From Vulcanimicrobiota bacterium (GTDB taxonomy: Bacteria; Vulcanimicrobiota; Vulcanimicrobiia; Vulcanimicrobiales; Vulcanimicrobiaceae), in contig CAVZQC010000002.1 of assembly GCA_963777315.1 (NCBI GenBank), positions 192,001-256,000 of the forward strand: a DNA stretch of 64,000 nucleotides, written 5' to 3'. The notes under the pieces are model-generated. The model had not been told where the DNA came from and ran no database searches. It was given only the letters and a program-made list of their open reading frames with translations. Positions 27,969-39,118 of this stretch are shown piece by piece. Within the stretch, counting starts at the first letter, position 1, and every line of letters begins with the position of its first letter. Position numbers and translations under genes: made by a program.

Positions 27969-28411
27969 ATCTCGAAATCACCGCATGCGATCGGCGTCTT
28001 GGGATGAATTGCGTCCTCGACCACGATCGCATAGCGTCCGCTCTTGATGTCGCCGACCGTCACGCCGGGAACGTACGTCGACGATTTTCCGTCCACGACG
28101 GGATGCAGGGGTTTCCACGGAACCTTCGCCGGGCGCGTACAGTTGCTGCGCCCGATGTAGGCAGCCTCGGCTTCCCCATGCGGTTCGTTGTCCAACCGGA
28201 CCGCGACGTCGACGCCGTGCGACTCGTCGCCCATGCTCGCGCTGCCGAACTGGTTCGAATGACGAAGCGCGCCCATGTTGACCGTCAGCAGGTGATCGGT
28301 CATGGCGTTGTGGGCGACGTGCAGCGGATTGATCTGCCGCACGGGTTGGCTGCCGTGGCAGGATGCGAGCGCCACGGCAGCCGCCGCCAGAACGCAGGTG
28401 CGTTTGCGCAC
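27965..28411 (-). CDS. Lipoprotein, CHRD/SOD-like beta domain, His-less paralogue of the adjacent gene
   Basis: Lipobox ALAS-C; aligns with 28416-28937 over its length (NPLH.AHNA, PWKPL.PVVDG.S, ACGD). Confidence 0.75.
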   Translation of the reverse strand: MRKRTCVLAAAAVALASCHGSQPVRQINPLHVAHNAMTDHLLTVNMGALRHSNQFGSASMGDESHGVDVAVRLDNEPHGEAEAAYIGRSNCTRPAKVPWKPLHPVVDGKSSTYVPGVTVGDIKSGRYAIVVEDAIHPKTPIACGDFEI

Positions 28412-28415
28412 GAAG

Positions 28416-28937
28416 TTAGAGCATCAGATCTCCGCAGGAGACGTACGTTTTCAGGTCGTTGGCGCTCTTGTGAACGTTGATCGCGTACTGACCCTTTTTG
28501 ATCTGCGCGACGCTCACACCCGAAAGATGCGTCATCGAGTTGCCGTCTACGACCGGATTGAGCGGCTTCCACGGCGCGGGGTTGAGCTTCTTGCACGTGC
28601 CGCGATGGATGTGCGCGGGTTCCGAAACGCCTTTGGGCACGGATTTGAGGTGGATCGCCACGTTGACGCCGCCGTTGTGATCGACGACGCTGGCGTTTCC
28701 GGCTTGCCCTGAGTTATTTTGCTGGCCCATGTTGATCTCCAGGCTGTGCCCGGCGATCGCGTTGTGGGCCGCGTGCAGCGGGTTCATCTGTTTGACTTGC
28801 TGCGAGCCTGCGTTACCGTTGGTCCCCGGGTTGTTGCCGGCGTTCTTGTTGTTGTTGCCGCCTCCGCCTCCGCAGGCGGCCAACGTCACTGCCATTCCGA
28901 GGGCGATCGCAATCGATGCGACTTTCGCTTGCTTCAT
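28416..28937 (-). CDS. Lipoprotein, CHRD/SOD-like beta domain (PAHIH.GTC...YAINVH...CGD)
   Basis: Lipobox LAA-C, GAGGA RBS, EPAHIHRGTC, YAINVHKS, YVSCGDL. Confidence 0.8.
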   Translation of the reverse strand: MKQAKVASIAIALGMAVTLAACGGGGGNNNKNAGNNPGTNGNAGSQQVKQMNPLHAAHNAIAGHSLEINMGQQNNSGQAGNASVVDHNGGVNVAIHLKSVPKGVSEPAHIHRGTCKKLNPAPWKPLNPVVDGNSMTHLSGVSVAQIKKGQYAINVHKSANDLKTYVSCGDLML

Positions 28938-29051
28938 TGATTTCCTCACGAAGAGAACAGGTAGGTCGCCCAGGATTATTGCCCGATATGTTCGCGCGCT
29001 AACAGCCTAAGCGGGCGCCCTGCTGCCGAAAGCCGTTCTATTCCACCCCAA

Positions 29052-29088
29052 AGCAAAGAGCCCCGCGAGGACCGCGAGGCTCTTTTGC
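29052..29088 (-). terminator. Intrinsic terminator after groEL
   Basis: aaagagcc-ccgcg..cgcg-a-ggctcttt GC-rich hairpin with flanking A/T runs, ~20 bp past the groEL stop. Confidence 0.75.
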
Positions 29089-29109
29089 ATCCAGTTCGGG
29101 CCGCCGAGA

Positions 29110-30777
<1,668 letters not shown>

Positions 30778-30787
30778 TCAGACTCCT

Positions 30788-31093
30788 TTAAACGCCGGCC
30801 GGGACTTTGTCGACGATGGCGAGTACGTCTTTTTCAGAGATGATGAGATATTCTTTGCCGTCGATCTTCACTTCGGACCCCGAGTATTTCGAGTAGATGA
30901 TCCGATCGCCGGTCTTCACGTCCATGGAGAGTTTAGTGCCGTTGTCGAGCGTGCGGCCCGTTCCGACGGCGCGGACTAGCCCTTCCTGCGGCTTTTCTTT
31001 AGCGGTGTCCGGAAGAAACACGCCGCCGGCGCTTTTGTCATCCTGCTCGACGTGCTCGACGACCACGCGATCGGCCAAAGGCTTGAGATTCAC
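30788..31093 (-). CDS. groES: Co-chaperonin GroES
   Basis: GTG start after [49 protein letters not shown]. Confidence 0.98.
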   Translation of the reverse strand: MNLKPLADRVVVEHVEQDDKSAGGVFLPDTAKEKPQEGLVRAVGTGRTLDNGTKLSMDVKTGDRIIYSKYSGSEVKIDGKEYLIISEKDVLAIVDKVPAGV

Positions 31094-31210
31094 GAAAATC
31101 CTCCAAGTATCAAATTCATTGAAGAAGCGGCTTCCGAAGCGCTGCCGAGCCGAGCCGAGCGTCACGCAAAGCGTGCCGTCGGGCCGAGCCCGTCGAAGCG
31201 CCGGAGCCCG

Positions 31211-31274
31211 CTGGCGCTCTTAGCAGTAGACTGCCAGCCTCGGAATTTTAGCAGACTCCGATGGAGACTGCAAG
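31211..31274 (-). promoter_or_regulatory. groESL sigma70 promoter with two CIRCE elements
   Basis: CIRCE-1 CTGGCGCTC-N9-GACTGCCAG (31211-31237); CIRCE-2 TTAGCAGAC-N9-GACTGCAAG (31248-31274) overlapping minus-strand TTGCAG-17nt-TAAAAT with extended TGn. Confidence 0.85.
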
Positions 31275-31315
31275 TGGTTTTGACGGGCAGATCGAGCCGG
31301 GTCGGGGACCAGGCC

Positions 31316-31768
31316 TCAGGTGCTGAAAGAGCCCACCGGGCCCACGGGCGAGCAATTGGAGGATGGCTGGTTCACGTACACGTTCACGACCTGGCTGGGC
31401 AGAAACGTGAAGCCGGAATAGGAGCTGCTCTCGTATTTCGGGTTTGGAAAGGACGGCGTTGCGTTGGGGGTGGGGAAGGGCGGCGTCACCGACGTGAGCG
31501 TCTGCCCGGGGATGCCGTTCGGGTTCACTGCGTCGGTTACTACGATGTTGTAGCCCGAGCCGAGCGCGGTGGTCGACCCGATGATGACTTGTCCGAATGT
31601 GCCCGGCACGCTCGTTGCGCCCGGCGCGGGATACACCAGCACGGTCGTATCGCCGGCAGGGGTCGGACATGGCGTTGACGGTGCAGAGGGGCCGGTACTC
31701 GAGTTGTTGCAGGCGGCCAGCGCTATGGCGGCGGCGGTTACGGCAAACCAGACGGCAAAGCGTTTCAT
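31316..31768 (-). CDS. Hypothetical lipoprotein
   Basis: MKRFAVWFAVTAAAIALAA-C lipobox; LVYPAPGATSVP Ig-like start; Cys pair. Confidence 0.75.
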   Translation of the reverse strand: MKRFAVWFAVTAAAIALAACNNSSTGPSAPSTPCPTPAGDTTVLVYPAPGATSVPGTFGQVIIGSTTALGSGYNIVVTDAVNPNGIPGQTLTSVTPPFPTPNATPSFPNPKYESSSYSGFTFLPSQVVNVYVNQPSSNCSPVGPVGSFST

Positions 31769-31839
31769 AGTCGGTATATTCCCCCGATTCTCTGAGTTTT
31801 TGCCAAGCAAATGCGTTCGGAGCGAGAACGCCTGCGTCG

Positions 31840-32706
31840 ATGAATCGAGCGCAGTTTCTCGCCCTGTCCGGTTCGGCGTTCGTTACGCCGGTCGCGCCGC
31901 AAGGACGCACGTTTTTCCCGGTGCTGCGTTCTGCGCCGTATCCGCACGCCAGCAGGTCGAACGGCCACGTCTACCAGGGAAAACTCTACGACGCGCCCGC
32001 GCATTACGCCGACGGAACCGTCGGGATCTACGTTCCGCCGCAGTATCGCGACCGCGGCGCGATCGACTTCGTCGTGCATTTTCACGGTTGGAACAACGAC
32101 GTGCGCCGGGTGCTGGAGCGCTACAGGCTGCGCGAGCAGATCGATGCGAGCGCGCGCAACGCCGTTCTCATCGTGCCGCAAGGGCCCAAGGACGCACCCG
32201 ACTCGGGTGACGGCAAGCTGGAACTGGACGCCGGCGGTTTTGCACGATTCATCGATGACGTCCTCGCTTGGCTGCGCGCAAACGGCGTGTCCGGTGCGGG
32301 CCGTGTCGGGCAAATCGTGTTGACCGCGCACAGCGGCGGTTACGCAGGCGCCGGCGGCGCGCTGCAGCGCGGCGGAATGGATGCGAGCATCACCGACGTC
32401 GTGCTGTTCGACGCAGCGTACGGCTATTACGACGCGTTTGCGAATTGGACGAACGGCGCGCCTTCACGACGATTGCTGAGCGTCTTCACCGACGACACCA
32501 GCACGGGAAACACCGCGATCATGGGCATGGTGCAGGCTCCGCAGCCGAACATCTACGTGCGCTTGGGCGATTCGCTGTCGCAGACGCAGTTGGAAACGCG
32601 CTCGCCGACGTTCGTTCTGACGACGAGCATCGCTCACGATGACTTGCTGACCGCTCGAAATTGGTACGCGATGTTTCTGCGAACCAGCGCGCTCACTCCG
32701 GCTTGA
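31840..32706 (+). CDS. Alpha/beta-hydrolase-fold protein, possibly Tat-exported
   Basis: MNRAQFLALSG Tat-like N-terminus; VVHFHGW, nucleophile elbow TAHSGG, VVLFDAAYG, C-terminal His. Confidence 0.7.
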   Translation: MNRAQFLALSGSAFVTPVAPQGRTFFPVLRSAPYPHASRSNGHVYQGKLYDAPAHYADGTVGIYVPPQYRDRGAIDFVVHFHGWNNDVRRVLERYRLREQIDASARNAVLIVPQGPKDAPDSGDGKLELDAGGFARFIDDVLAWLRANGVSGAGRVGQIVLTAHSGGYAGAGGALQRGGMDASITDVVLFDAAYGYYDAFANWTNGAPSRRLLSVFTDDTSTGNTAIMGMVQAPQPNIYVRLGDSLSQTQLETRSPTFVLTTSIAHDDLLTARNWYAMFLRTSALTPA

Positions 32707-33706
32707 AGGGATCCATCCGATCGATGAAGTGGTTGAGCGTGCGCTTGAGCCAACTCTTTTTCGGCTTGGGCGGCGGCGTTTTCAGTACGACCTTGTGCGG
32801 AACGGCCGCAGGCGGCGCGGTGACGACCGGCAGCGGTGTTGCGTCGGAGTACGCATCGGGCATGTCGCTCACGTCGTACGACGTGGGTTCGGTCGTGGGC
32901 GCCGGCGTAGCGGCCGGTATCGCGATGGTCGCAATGCCTTGCGCGGGCTGCGGGGTAGGCGTGCTGCGCGCGGGACGCCGCACGCTAGGAGCAGGCGCGG
33001 CTAACACGCGGGCGCGCTCCACGTACGGCGCAGCAGCCGCTGCAGGCGTCGTCTGCCCGGTCGGTGCCGGAAGCGGCGTCGCAACGCGCGCCGCCGCTGC
33101 AGCGGGAGGCAGCGTCTTGACCAGCGCGGCCGTAGGCTTTTGCTCGCGCGGAAGGGGCGTCGCATAACCCGCGATCGGCATTGCGGCTTGCGGAAGCGGC
33201 GACGCGCCGTTTTGCGCGCGCACGCTGCTGAAGACTCGCTCGCCGGCCGCGCCCAACAACAGCAGCGCGACCGCCGCTATCGCGATTGCGACCGTCCGCG
33301 CACTGCCGCCATGCGATTCCTCACCGATGTCGATCGAGCGGTCCGCCGGAACGTGCTGGAGCACTGCGTTCGTAAACGTCGGGCCGAAAACCGGGATGGC
33401 GCGCAAATTGCTTTTGAGCAGCCGCGCGAACGCGTCCTTGAGCGCGCCTTCGCTGTGCGGCGCGCGCACGATCTGAACGAATTCTCGCCCGTCGAGCTCC
33501 TGCGCGCCGGAGCGCGGCGCCGTCGTGTCGTCCAACAGCAGCCGAACGAACTCGGCACGGTAGTACGCGCCCATACGCTCGCGCGCGTCGATGACGACCG
33601 ACCGGACGCGATCGGCCGACATGACGCCGACGTATCCGTCCAGCGCTTGAGCCAAAACAAACGGATCGGTCCTTGCAAGGACCCGGTCCAGACGGTGCGC
33701 GATCAC
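32693..33706 (-). CDS. Hypothetical single-TM protein with Pro/Ala/Thr-rich C-terminus
   Basis: Helical N-domain, TM TVAIAIAAVALLLLGAAG, low-complexity tail; start uncertain. Confidence 0.6.
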   Translation of the reverse strand: MIAHRLDRVLARTDPFVLAQALDGYVGVMSADRVRSVVIDARERMGAYYRAEFVRLLLDDTTAPRSGAQELDGREFVQIVRAPHSEGALKDAFARLLKSNLRAIPVFGPTFTNAVLQHVPADRSIDIGEESHGGSARTVAIAIAAVALLLLGAAGERVFSSVRAQNGASPLPQAAMPIAGYATPLPREQKPTAALVKTLPPAAAAARVATPLPAPTGQTTPAAAAAPYVERARVLAAPAPSVRRPARSTPTPQPAQGIATIAIPAATPAPTTEPTSYDVSDMPDAYSDATPLPVVTAPPAAVPHKVVLKTPPPKPKKSWLKRTLNHFIDRMDPFKPE

Positions 33707-33821
33707 GACCGTAAGTATACCCGACCGGCGGCAAAATTCGCCAGGGCGAGCGGAACGGCCGCTGTTCGCCCGCTCGGCTTGGAAGCCAGGCCATCGTCGC
33801 GGCCGAACTGAAAACGCCGGT

Positions 33822-34964
33822 ATGATCGGCGCGTTGCACGTGTCATTGGAAGCGCTTGCCCGCAACGCGCGGACGCTGCGCGATCTCGTCGCGCCCTCGA
33901 AGGCCGCCTTCGTCGTCAAGGGCAACGCTTACGGGCACGGTCTAATCGCGGCGGCGCGCGCGCTGGAGCCGTTTGCGCATCGCTTGTGCGTTTACTCGCT
34001 CGATGAAGCGGCCGCGTTGCGCGATGCCGGCATCGCAAGCTCGATCTTGGTGATGGGCCCAATCGAAAGCGCGCACTTGGACGAAGCGTTTGCGCGCAAC
34101 GTCGAGATAGCGCTGTGGAACACCGGGCCGTACCTGGCTGCGGCCGCGCGCGTCGCAAACAAACGCCGCGGCCGCTTTCGCGTGCACGTGAAGATCGACA
34201 CGGGTACTGCCCGGCTTGGGCTCACGCCGGCCGACGCCGTCGACGCGATCGAGGACTACGCGCGCATGCCGGAGATCGAGATCGCCGGAGTGTTTTCGCA
34301 TTTGGCGGCCGCGGAAGAACTTGACACCGCATTCACATTCGCTCAACTCGAACGATTCCAGCACGTGTTACGAGCAGTGCACTCATCGTTGGATGCAAAG
34401 GGCGTTCGCCCGCTGCGCCACATCGCGTCCTCGGCAGCGGCGATGCTGTGGCCGCAGATGCGGCTGGACATGGCGCGCATCGGCATCGCAGCGTACGGGC
34501 TGTGGCCGTCGGCGCAGATCCGCTCGGCTGCCGGCGGAGAGCGAATCGAGCTGCAGCCGGCGCTCTCGTTCACGAGCAAACTCGCCGCGATACGCCACGT
34601 CGACGCCGGAACGCCCGTCGGCTACGGCGGCGCTTATCGCGCCGAGAAACCGACCCGAATCGGCACCGTACCGCTGGGCTACGCCGACGGAATACCGCGT
34701 CTGCTCTCCAATCGGGGCGAAATGCTCGTTTCAGGGGCCCGCTGCCCGATCGCCGGACGGGTATGTATGAACATGACGATGATCGATCTGGAGAACGCGC
34801 CGGATGCGGTTCCGGGCGACGCAGTGACGTTGACCGGCAGCCAAGATTCCGAACGCGTGGAAGCCGACGATTGGGCGCGCTGGGCGCAGACGATTGCATA
34901 CGAAATCGTCGCTCGTTTGCCCGCACACCTTCCCCGCTCGTTCGATCGAGAGCAAACGGCGTAG
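33822..34964 (+). CDS. alr: Alanine racemase
   Basis: VVKGNAYGHG (PLP Lys), HVKIDTGTARLG, GVFSH, VGYGG, LGYADG, GRVCMN. Confidence 0.97.
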   Translation: MIGALHVSLEALARNARTLRDLVAPSKAAFVVKGNAYGHGLIAAARALEPFAHRLCVYSLDEAAALRDAGIASSILVMGPIESAHLDEAFARNVEIALWNTGPYLAAAARVANKRRGRFRVHVKIDTGTARLGLTPADAVDAIEDYARMPEIEIAGVFSHLAAAEELDTAFTFAQLERFQHVLRAVHSSLDAKGVRPLRHIASSAAAMLWPQMRLDMARIGIAAYGLWPSAQIRSAAGGERIELQPALSFTSKLAAIRHVDAGTPVGYGGAYRAEKPTRIGTVPLGYADGIPRLLSNRGEMLVSGARCPIAGRVCMNMTMIDLENAPDAVPGDAVTLTGSQDSERVEADDWARWAQTIAYEIVARLPAHLPRSFDREQTA

Positions 34965-34967
34965 ACA

Positions 34968-36116
34968 GTGCTAGTCGTCAGCGTGAACGATCGTCCTCTC
35001 GACGTGCCTGCCGTCGTACGGCGCGGCCGCGCCATGGTTCCGACGCGCGCGACGTTCGGCGCGCTCGGCGCGACTGTATCGTACGATCCGAATTCCCGCG
35101 CAATCGTTGCGTACACCGCCGAGCACGCCGTGCGCATGACGATCGGCGTGAACGCCGCGCTCGTGGACGGGCGCGACGTGCGCTTGGACGCGCCGCCGCT
35201 AGTCCTCGGCGCGCGCACGTACGTGCCGTTGCGATTCGTTGCGCAGGCGATGGGAGCCGCAGTTGCGTTCGATTCCGGCATGGTAAGCGTTACGATGCAG
35301 CATGCGAGCGCGACTGCGCAGACCGTCCCGGTTTCTGCGTTGGATCCGCCGGCGGACGCGACAATCGCCACGGCCTATCCGACGATCTCCGCATCGCTGG
35401 GCAGCGCGAACGCCGCGCGCGCCGACGTCACGCTCACGCTCGATGGGCAAGACGTTACGGCGCCGGCTTCATTCGACGGCTCTACGATTACCTTCATGCC
35501 GCGAACGGGGCTCGCGCGCGGAACGCACCAGGTCGCGTTCACCGGACGCACCGATGCGGGCCGTTCTTTTTCCGCGAGCTGGTCGTTCGCGACAACCCTT
35601 GCAGCACCGCCGGATCCCGGACCCGACCTCTATACCGATTACGGCTACCGCTTTTACGTCGACGGCGCAAATGCGTTCTATCCCGGCGATTGGATGCATT
35701 TCGTGCTCGTCGCGCCGCCGGGCGGCAGTGCGGTGCTGCAGCTGTGCGGTTTGGGATATCAATACGGATTCTGGAACGGCGGCTACGGCGCGACATACCA
35801 AGCCGACGTGGCTGCGCCGCTGGGGTATTGGCTCCCGAGCTGTCAAGTGACGGCGATCTATACGTCGTGGAACGGGGCGCGCACGTACGTTCCGATTCCG
35901 CTGTTCGTCGGTCTCTACACGCATCCGCAATTTACGCCGCAGCCGGCGCGCACGCCGGCGCCGACGCCGACGCCCAAACGCACTGCCGCACCCATCGCGG
36001 CGCCTACGCCGACGATTGCGCCGATGCGTACGCCTGCGCCCACGCGAACGTACCGGCCGGTGCACCCGCCGCCGGTGCGCCCACCGCCTGCGCGTCCGCG
36101 GCCGACGCCCCGATAA
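34968..36116 (+). CDS. Copper amine oxidase N-terminal (stalk) domain protein with Ig-like domains and Pro-rich tail
   Basis: GRAMVPTRATFGALGATVSYD, LDAPPLVLGARTYVPLRFVAQAMGAAV. Confidence 0.85.
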   Translation: MLVVSVNDRPLDVPAVVRRGRAMVPTRATFGALGATVSYDPNSRAIVAYTAEHAVRMTIGVNAALVDGRDVRLDAPPLVLGARTYVPLRFVAQAMGAAVAFDSGMVSVTMQHASATAQTVPVSALDPPADATIATAYPTISASLGSANAARADVTLTLDGQDVTAPASFDGSTITFMPRTGLARGTHQVAFTGRTDAGRSFSASWSFATTLAAPPDPGPDLYTDYGYRFYVDGANAFYPGDWMHFVLVAPPGGSAVLQLCGLGYQYGFWNGGYGATYQADVAAPLGYWLPSCQVTAIYTSWNGARTYVPIPLFVGLYTHPQFTPQPARTPAPTPTPKRTAAPIAAPTPTIAPMRTPAPTRTYRPVHPPPVRPPPARPRPTPR

Positions 36117-36126
36117 TCTTGGGCGA

Positions 36127-36873
36127 TCAGCTCAGCGCTGCAATCGCTTCCTTCAAATCCAGCGTCTGCTCGTACAACGCTCGTCCGATCACGCACGCAT
36201 CGACGTTCGCCGGAGCTCGTTCGCGCAGGGTGCGAAGATGGTCTATCGTCCGCGCGCCGCCGCTGACCGTTACCTTGAGTTCGGCAACGCCGGCGACTTC
36301 GCTCAGCGCCTGCAGATCGTAGCCTTCGCCCGTTCCGAATCGGCCGATTTCGGTAAAGATCACGCGGCCGACGCCCCATTGCGCCACGCGCCGCACCAGC
36401 GCATCCCGGTCGACGGGCGTGCCTTCTTGCCAGCCCCGAACGGCAACGCGATCGCCGCGCGCATCTATGCCGGCGAAGACCTTGTCGCCCAGCGATCCGA
36501 TGATGTTGCGCGCGGTGCGCTCGTCTTGTACCAGCAGCGTTCCGAGAATCAGATACGATGCACCCGCGTCCAGACGGGCTTGCGCGTGCGCGAGCGTGCG
36601 GATTCCACCGCCGGTCTGCACCGGCACGTCGACCGCGCGGCAAATGCGCGCGATGGCTTGATTGTTCTCGCCCGACCCGAACGCGCCGTCAAGATCGATC
36701 ACGTGCAGCTGGCGCGCGCCGTCGGCGACGAACGCTTTGGCCTGCTCGACCGGATCCGTACCGTACGCGCGTGCGCGGTCGGGATCGCCTTGCTGCGTGC
36801 GTACGCACTTGCCGCCGCGCAGATCGATGGCCGGTATGACGAGCAGGGGATGCCCCGGCTTGCCGTCGGTCAC
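36127..36873 (-). CDS. hisA: HisA/PriA-family (beta/alpha)8 isomerase homologue
   Basis: IPAIDLRGGKCVR, LHVIDLDGAF, QTGGGIR, GIDARG..VAVRGW, VIGRALY; GTG start overlaps the citrate synthase stop; loop-6 RDG is RFG (see findings). Confidence 0.8.
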   Translation of the reverse strand: MTDGKPGHPLLVIPAIDLRGGKCVRTQQGDPDRARAYGTDPVEQAKAFVADGARQLHVIDLDGAFGSGENNQAIARICRAVDVPVQTGGGIRTLAHAQARLDAGASYLILGTLLVQDERTARNIIGSLGDKVFAGIDARGDRVAVRGWQEGTPVDRDALVRRVAQWGVGRVIFTEIGRFGTGEGYDLQALSEVAGVAELKVTVSGGARTIDHLRTLRERAPANVDACVIGRALYEQTLDLKEAIAALS

Positions 36874-38081
36874 TCGTGGAGCGCCTGCGAAGTCCCGTTG
36901 CCCGATCGCCGTTCTATCGGTTCGAACGGATGCACGGCCGGTCCCGAGTACGTCGCTTGCGGGCGAATCAAACGGTTGTCGTGCAGCTGTTCGAGAATAT
37001 GCGCGGTCCAGCCGGCAATGCGGCCGCACGCGAAGATCGGCGTGAACTCTTCACCGGGAAAACCCAAACTGTAGAACAGCGGCGCACTGTAGAAATCGAC
37101 GTTGGCGTAGATGCTCTTGCCCGGTTTGGTTTCTTGCAGCACTTCGTTTGAAGCATCCTCGAGCGCCCGCGCTATCGCGTACCACTTGGGGTCGGTGATC
37201 TCACTGAGCTTCTTTGCAGCTGCTTCCAAATGTTTGGCGCGCGGATCGCGCACTTTGTATTCGCGATGGCCCATGCCCATGATCCGTTCGCCGCGAGCGA
37301 GAACTTCGCGCACGTACGGCTGCGCACGTTCGGGTTTGCCGATCTCGAGCAGCACGCGACCGACGGCGCTGGCCGCGCCCCCGTGAGCCTCTCCCTGAAG
37401 CGTCGCAATGGCTGCGGTTACTGCGGCATACAGATCGGCTTTGGTCGAAGCAGTTACGCGCGCCGAAAACGTGGACGCGTTATACGAATGATCCGCCAGC
37501 AGCACCAAATACGTGTCCATCGCTTCCTCGGCGATGACGGTCGGCACTTGTCCGCGACACATGTACAGAAAGTTGGACGCCTGCGAAAGGTCCGTGCGCG
37601 GTTCGATCGGATCCAGTCCGCGGCGAATGCGATCCCACATCGCCACGATCGTCGGCACTTTTGCAACGAGTTCGATCGCAACGTGCACGTCGGATTCATG
37701 CGCGCCCTTGGGATCCACCGGCACGAACAATCCCAAACCCGACAGAATGGTTCGCAGCACGTCCATGGGCCAAGCGTCTTTGGGCGCGCGCTCCATTGCG
37801 TTGATCAACGGCTCGGGAATCAGACGGTGAGCTCCGAGCTCTTTTTTGAGCAGTTCCAATTCGGCGCAAGTGGGCAGATGGCCGTAGAGCAGCAGGTGAA
37901 CGACTTCTTCGAAGCATGCGTGCGGCGCGAGATCGTCGATGTCGTAGCCGCGGTACGTCAGCCGGCCTTGCTTGCCTTCGACGTTGCTGAGCAGCGTGCT
38001 GCCGACGACGACGCCTTCGAGACCGCGATCGACGACAATGCCGGTGGTGGACAGTCTGCGTTCCTCCGGGTGGATGGTCAT
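36870..38081 (-). CDS. Citrate synthase (type I / methylcitrate synthase family)
   Basis: GLEGVV, LTYRGY, ADHSYNASTF, HGGA, MGMGHREYKVRDPRA, YANVDFY, GWTAHILEQ. Confidence 0.95.
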   Translation of the reverse strand: MTIHPEERRLSTTGIVVDRGLEGVVVGSTLLSNVEGKQGRLTYRGYDIDDLAPHACFEEVVHLLLYGHLPTCAELELLKKELGAHRLIPEPLINAMERAPKDAWPMDVLRTILSGLGLFVPVDPKGAHESDVHVAIELVAKVPTIVAMWDRIRRGLDPIEPRTDLSQASNFLYMCRGQVPTVIAEEAMDTYLVLLADHSYNASTFSARVTASTKADLYAAVTAAIATLQGEAHGGAASAVGRVLLEIGKPERAQPYVREVLARGERIMGMGHREYKVRDPRAKHLEAAAKKLSEITDPKWYAIARALEDASNEVLQETKPGKSIYANVDFYSAPLFYSLGFPGEEFTPIFACGRIAGWTAHILEQLHDNRLIRPQATYSGPAVHPFEPIERRSGNGTSQALHE

Positions 38082-38121
38082 CCGGGCTTTCGGCGCGTCG
38101 CGCGAAGACCCCCGGTCGCGC

Positions 38122-39030
38122 CTAGGTTGGAGCCTGCTCCTTATTTTGCGCGTACTGCCGCGGATCGAAGTACCACGACGGCAGCGCACTGGGGAAGGAA
38201 ATGTCCTCGAAGCTGAAGTCCACGGTTCTGCCGTCGCCGCCGTAGACGGTTTGCGTGCCGTCGGCCTCTATGCGCGGCTCCACGATGCCGTGCAGCTTGG
38301 TAATCACCAAAACGCCTTGCAAATATCCCAGCGTGTACGTGAACGTTACCGGAAAGGTGCCCTGATCGTCGGTAAAGAGCCGGTCGTGCGCGACGATCTT
38401 ACGCAGCTCGTAGTTGTGCTTGTCCACCCAGATTTCGCGCAAGACGTTGCGCTCGGCATCGCGACGCGGTTTCAGAACTAAATCGAGGAGATTGCCTTCG
38501 ACCGTCATCTTGGGCACGTAATACTCCGATTCGCCGAAGGAGACGACCGAGGTGATCGTTTTGAGCGGTGCGGCGGACGGTTCGGGCGTGGGAACGTACG
38601 AGAGCGGATTGGGATGCTGCCTGATGGGCGCAGGAGCGAAGACGTCGACGGTCGGAGGGCCGGGATCCGTCGCCTCGTTCAGCTCCGGGCGCTGAAACGT
38701 CAAGTCGCCCTCATAATCGTCGCGAAAAAGCTTGCGCGTGAGCGCCGCGCGATCCACATTGCGCACCCAGTACTTCGTCGTGTACGAGTTGGCGTAATCG
38801 GGATAGCCGTAGTTCGTCATCTGGGTGCGCACCATGGTGTACACTTCGTACGGCGGCGGCGGCCGGTGCGACCGAAAGACGCGCCGGACGTACCCCAGCA
38901 CGCGCACCGGCGTTAACGTTTGATACGGCGGCAAGGTCGATGCCGGCGCCGGATCGGCCGCGCGCGTGGGCAGTACGGTATAGGGAACGGCAAGCGCAGC
39001 AATCAGCAACGCAACCCAGGCAAATCTCAT
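38122..39030 (-). CDS. Secreted hypothetical protein
   Basis: Signal peptide; LVLKPRRDAERNVLREIWVDKHNYELRK pattern reminiscent of LolA-like folds. Confidence 0.7.
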   Translation of the reverse strand: MRFAWVALLIAALAVPYTVLPTRAADPAPASTLPPYQTLTPVRVLGYVRRVFRSHRPPPPYEVYTMVRTQMTNYGYPDYANSYTTKYWVRNVDRAALTRKLFRDDYEGDLTFQRPELNEATDPGPPTVDVFAPAPIRQHPNPLSYVPTPEPSAAPLKTITSVVSFGESEYYVPKMTVEGNLLDLVLKPRRDAERNVLREIWVDKHNYELRKIVAHDRLFTDDQGTFPVTFTYTLGYLQGVLVITKLHGIVEPRIEADGTQTVYGGDGRTVDFSFEDISFPSALPSWYFDPRQYAQNKEQAPT

Positions 39031-39118
39031 AAGCTCTCGTTACAACGTCGCGTATCTCGCTTAACGTTGCCTGAGCGCCGGCAGTGACACAAATTTAACC
39101 CGCCGTTCATCTGCGCTG

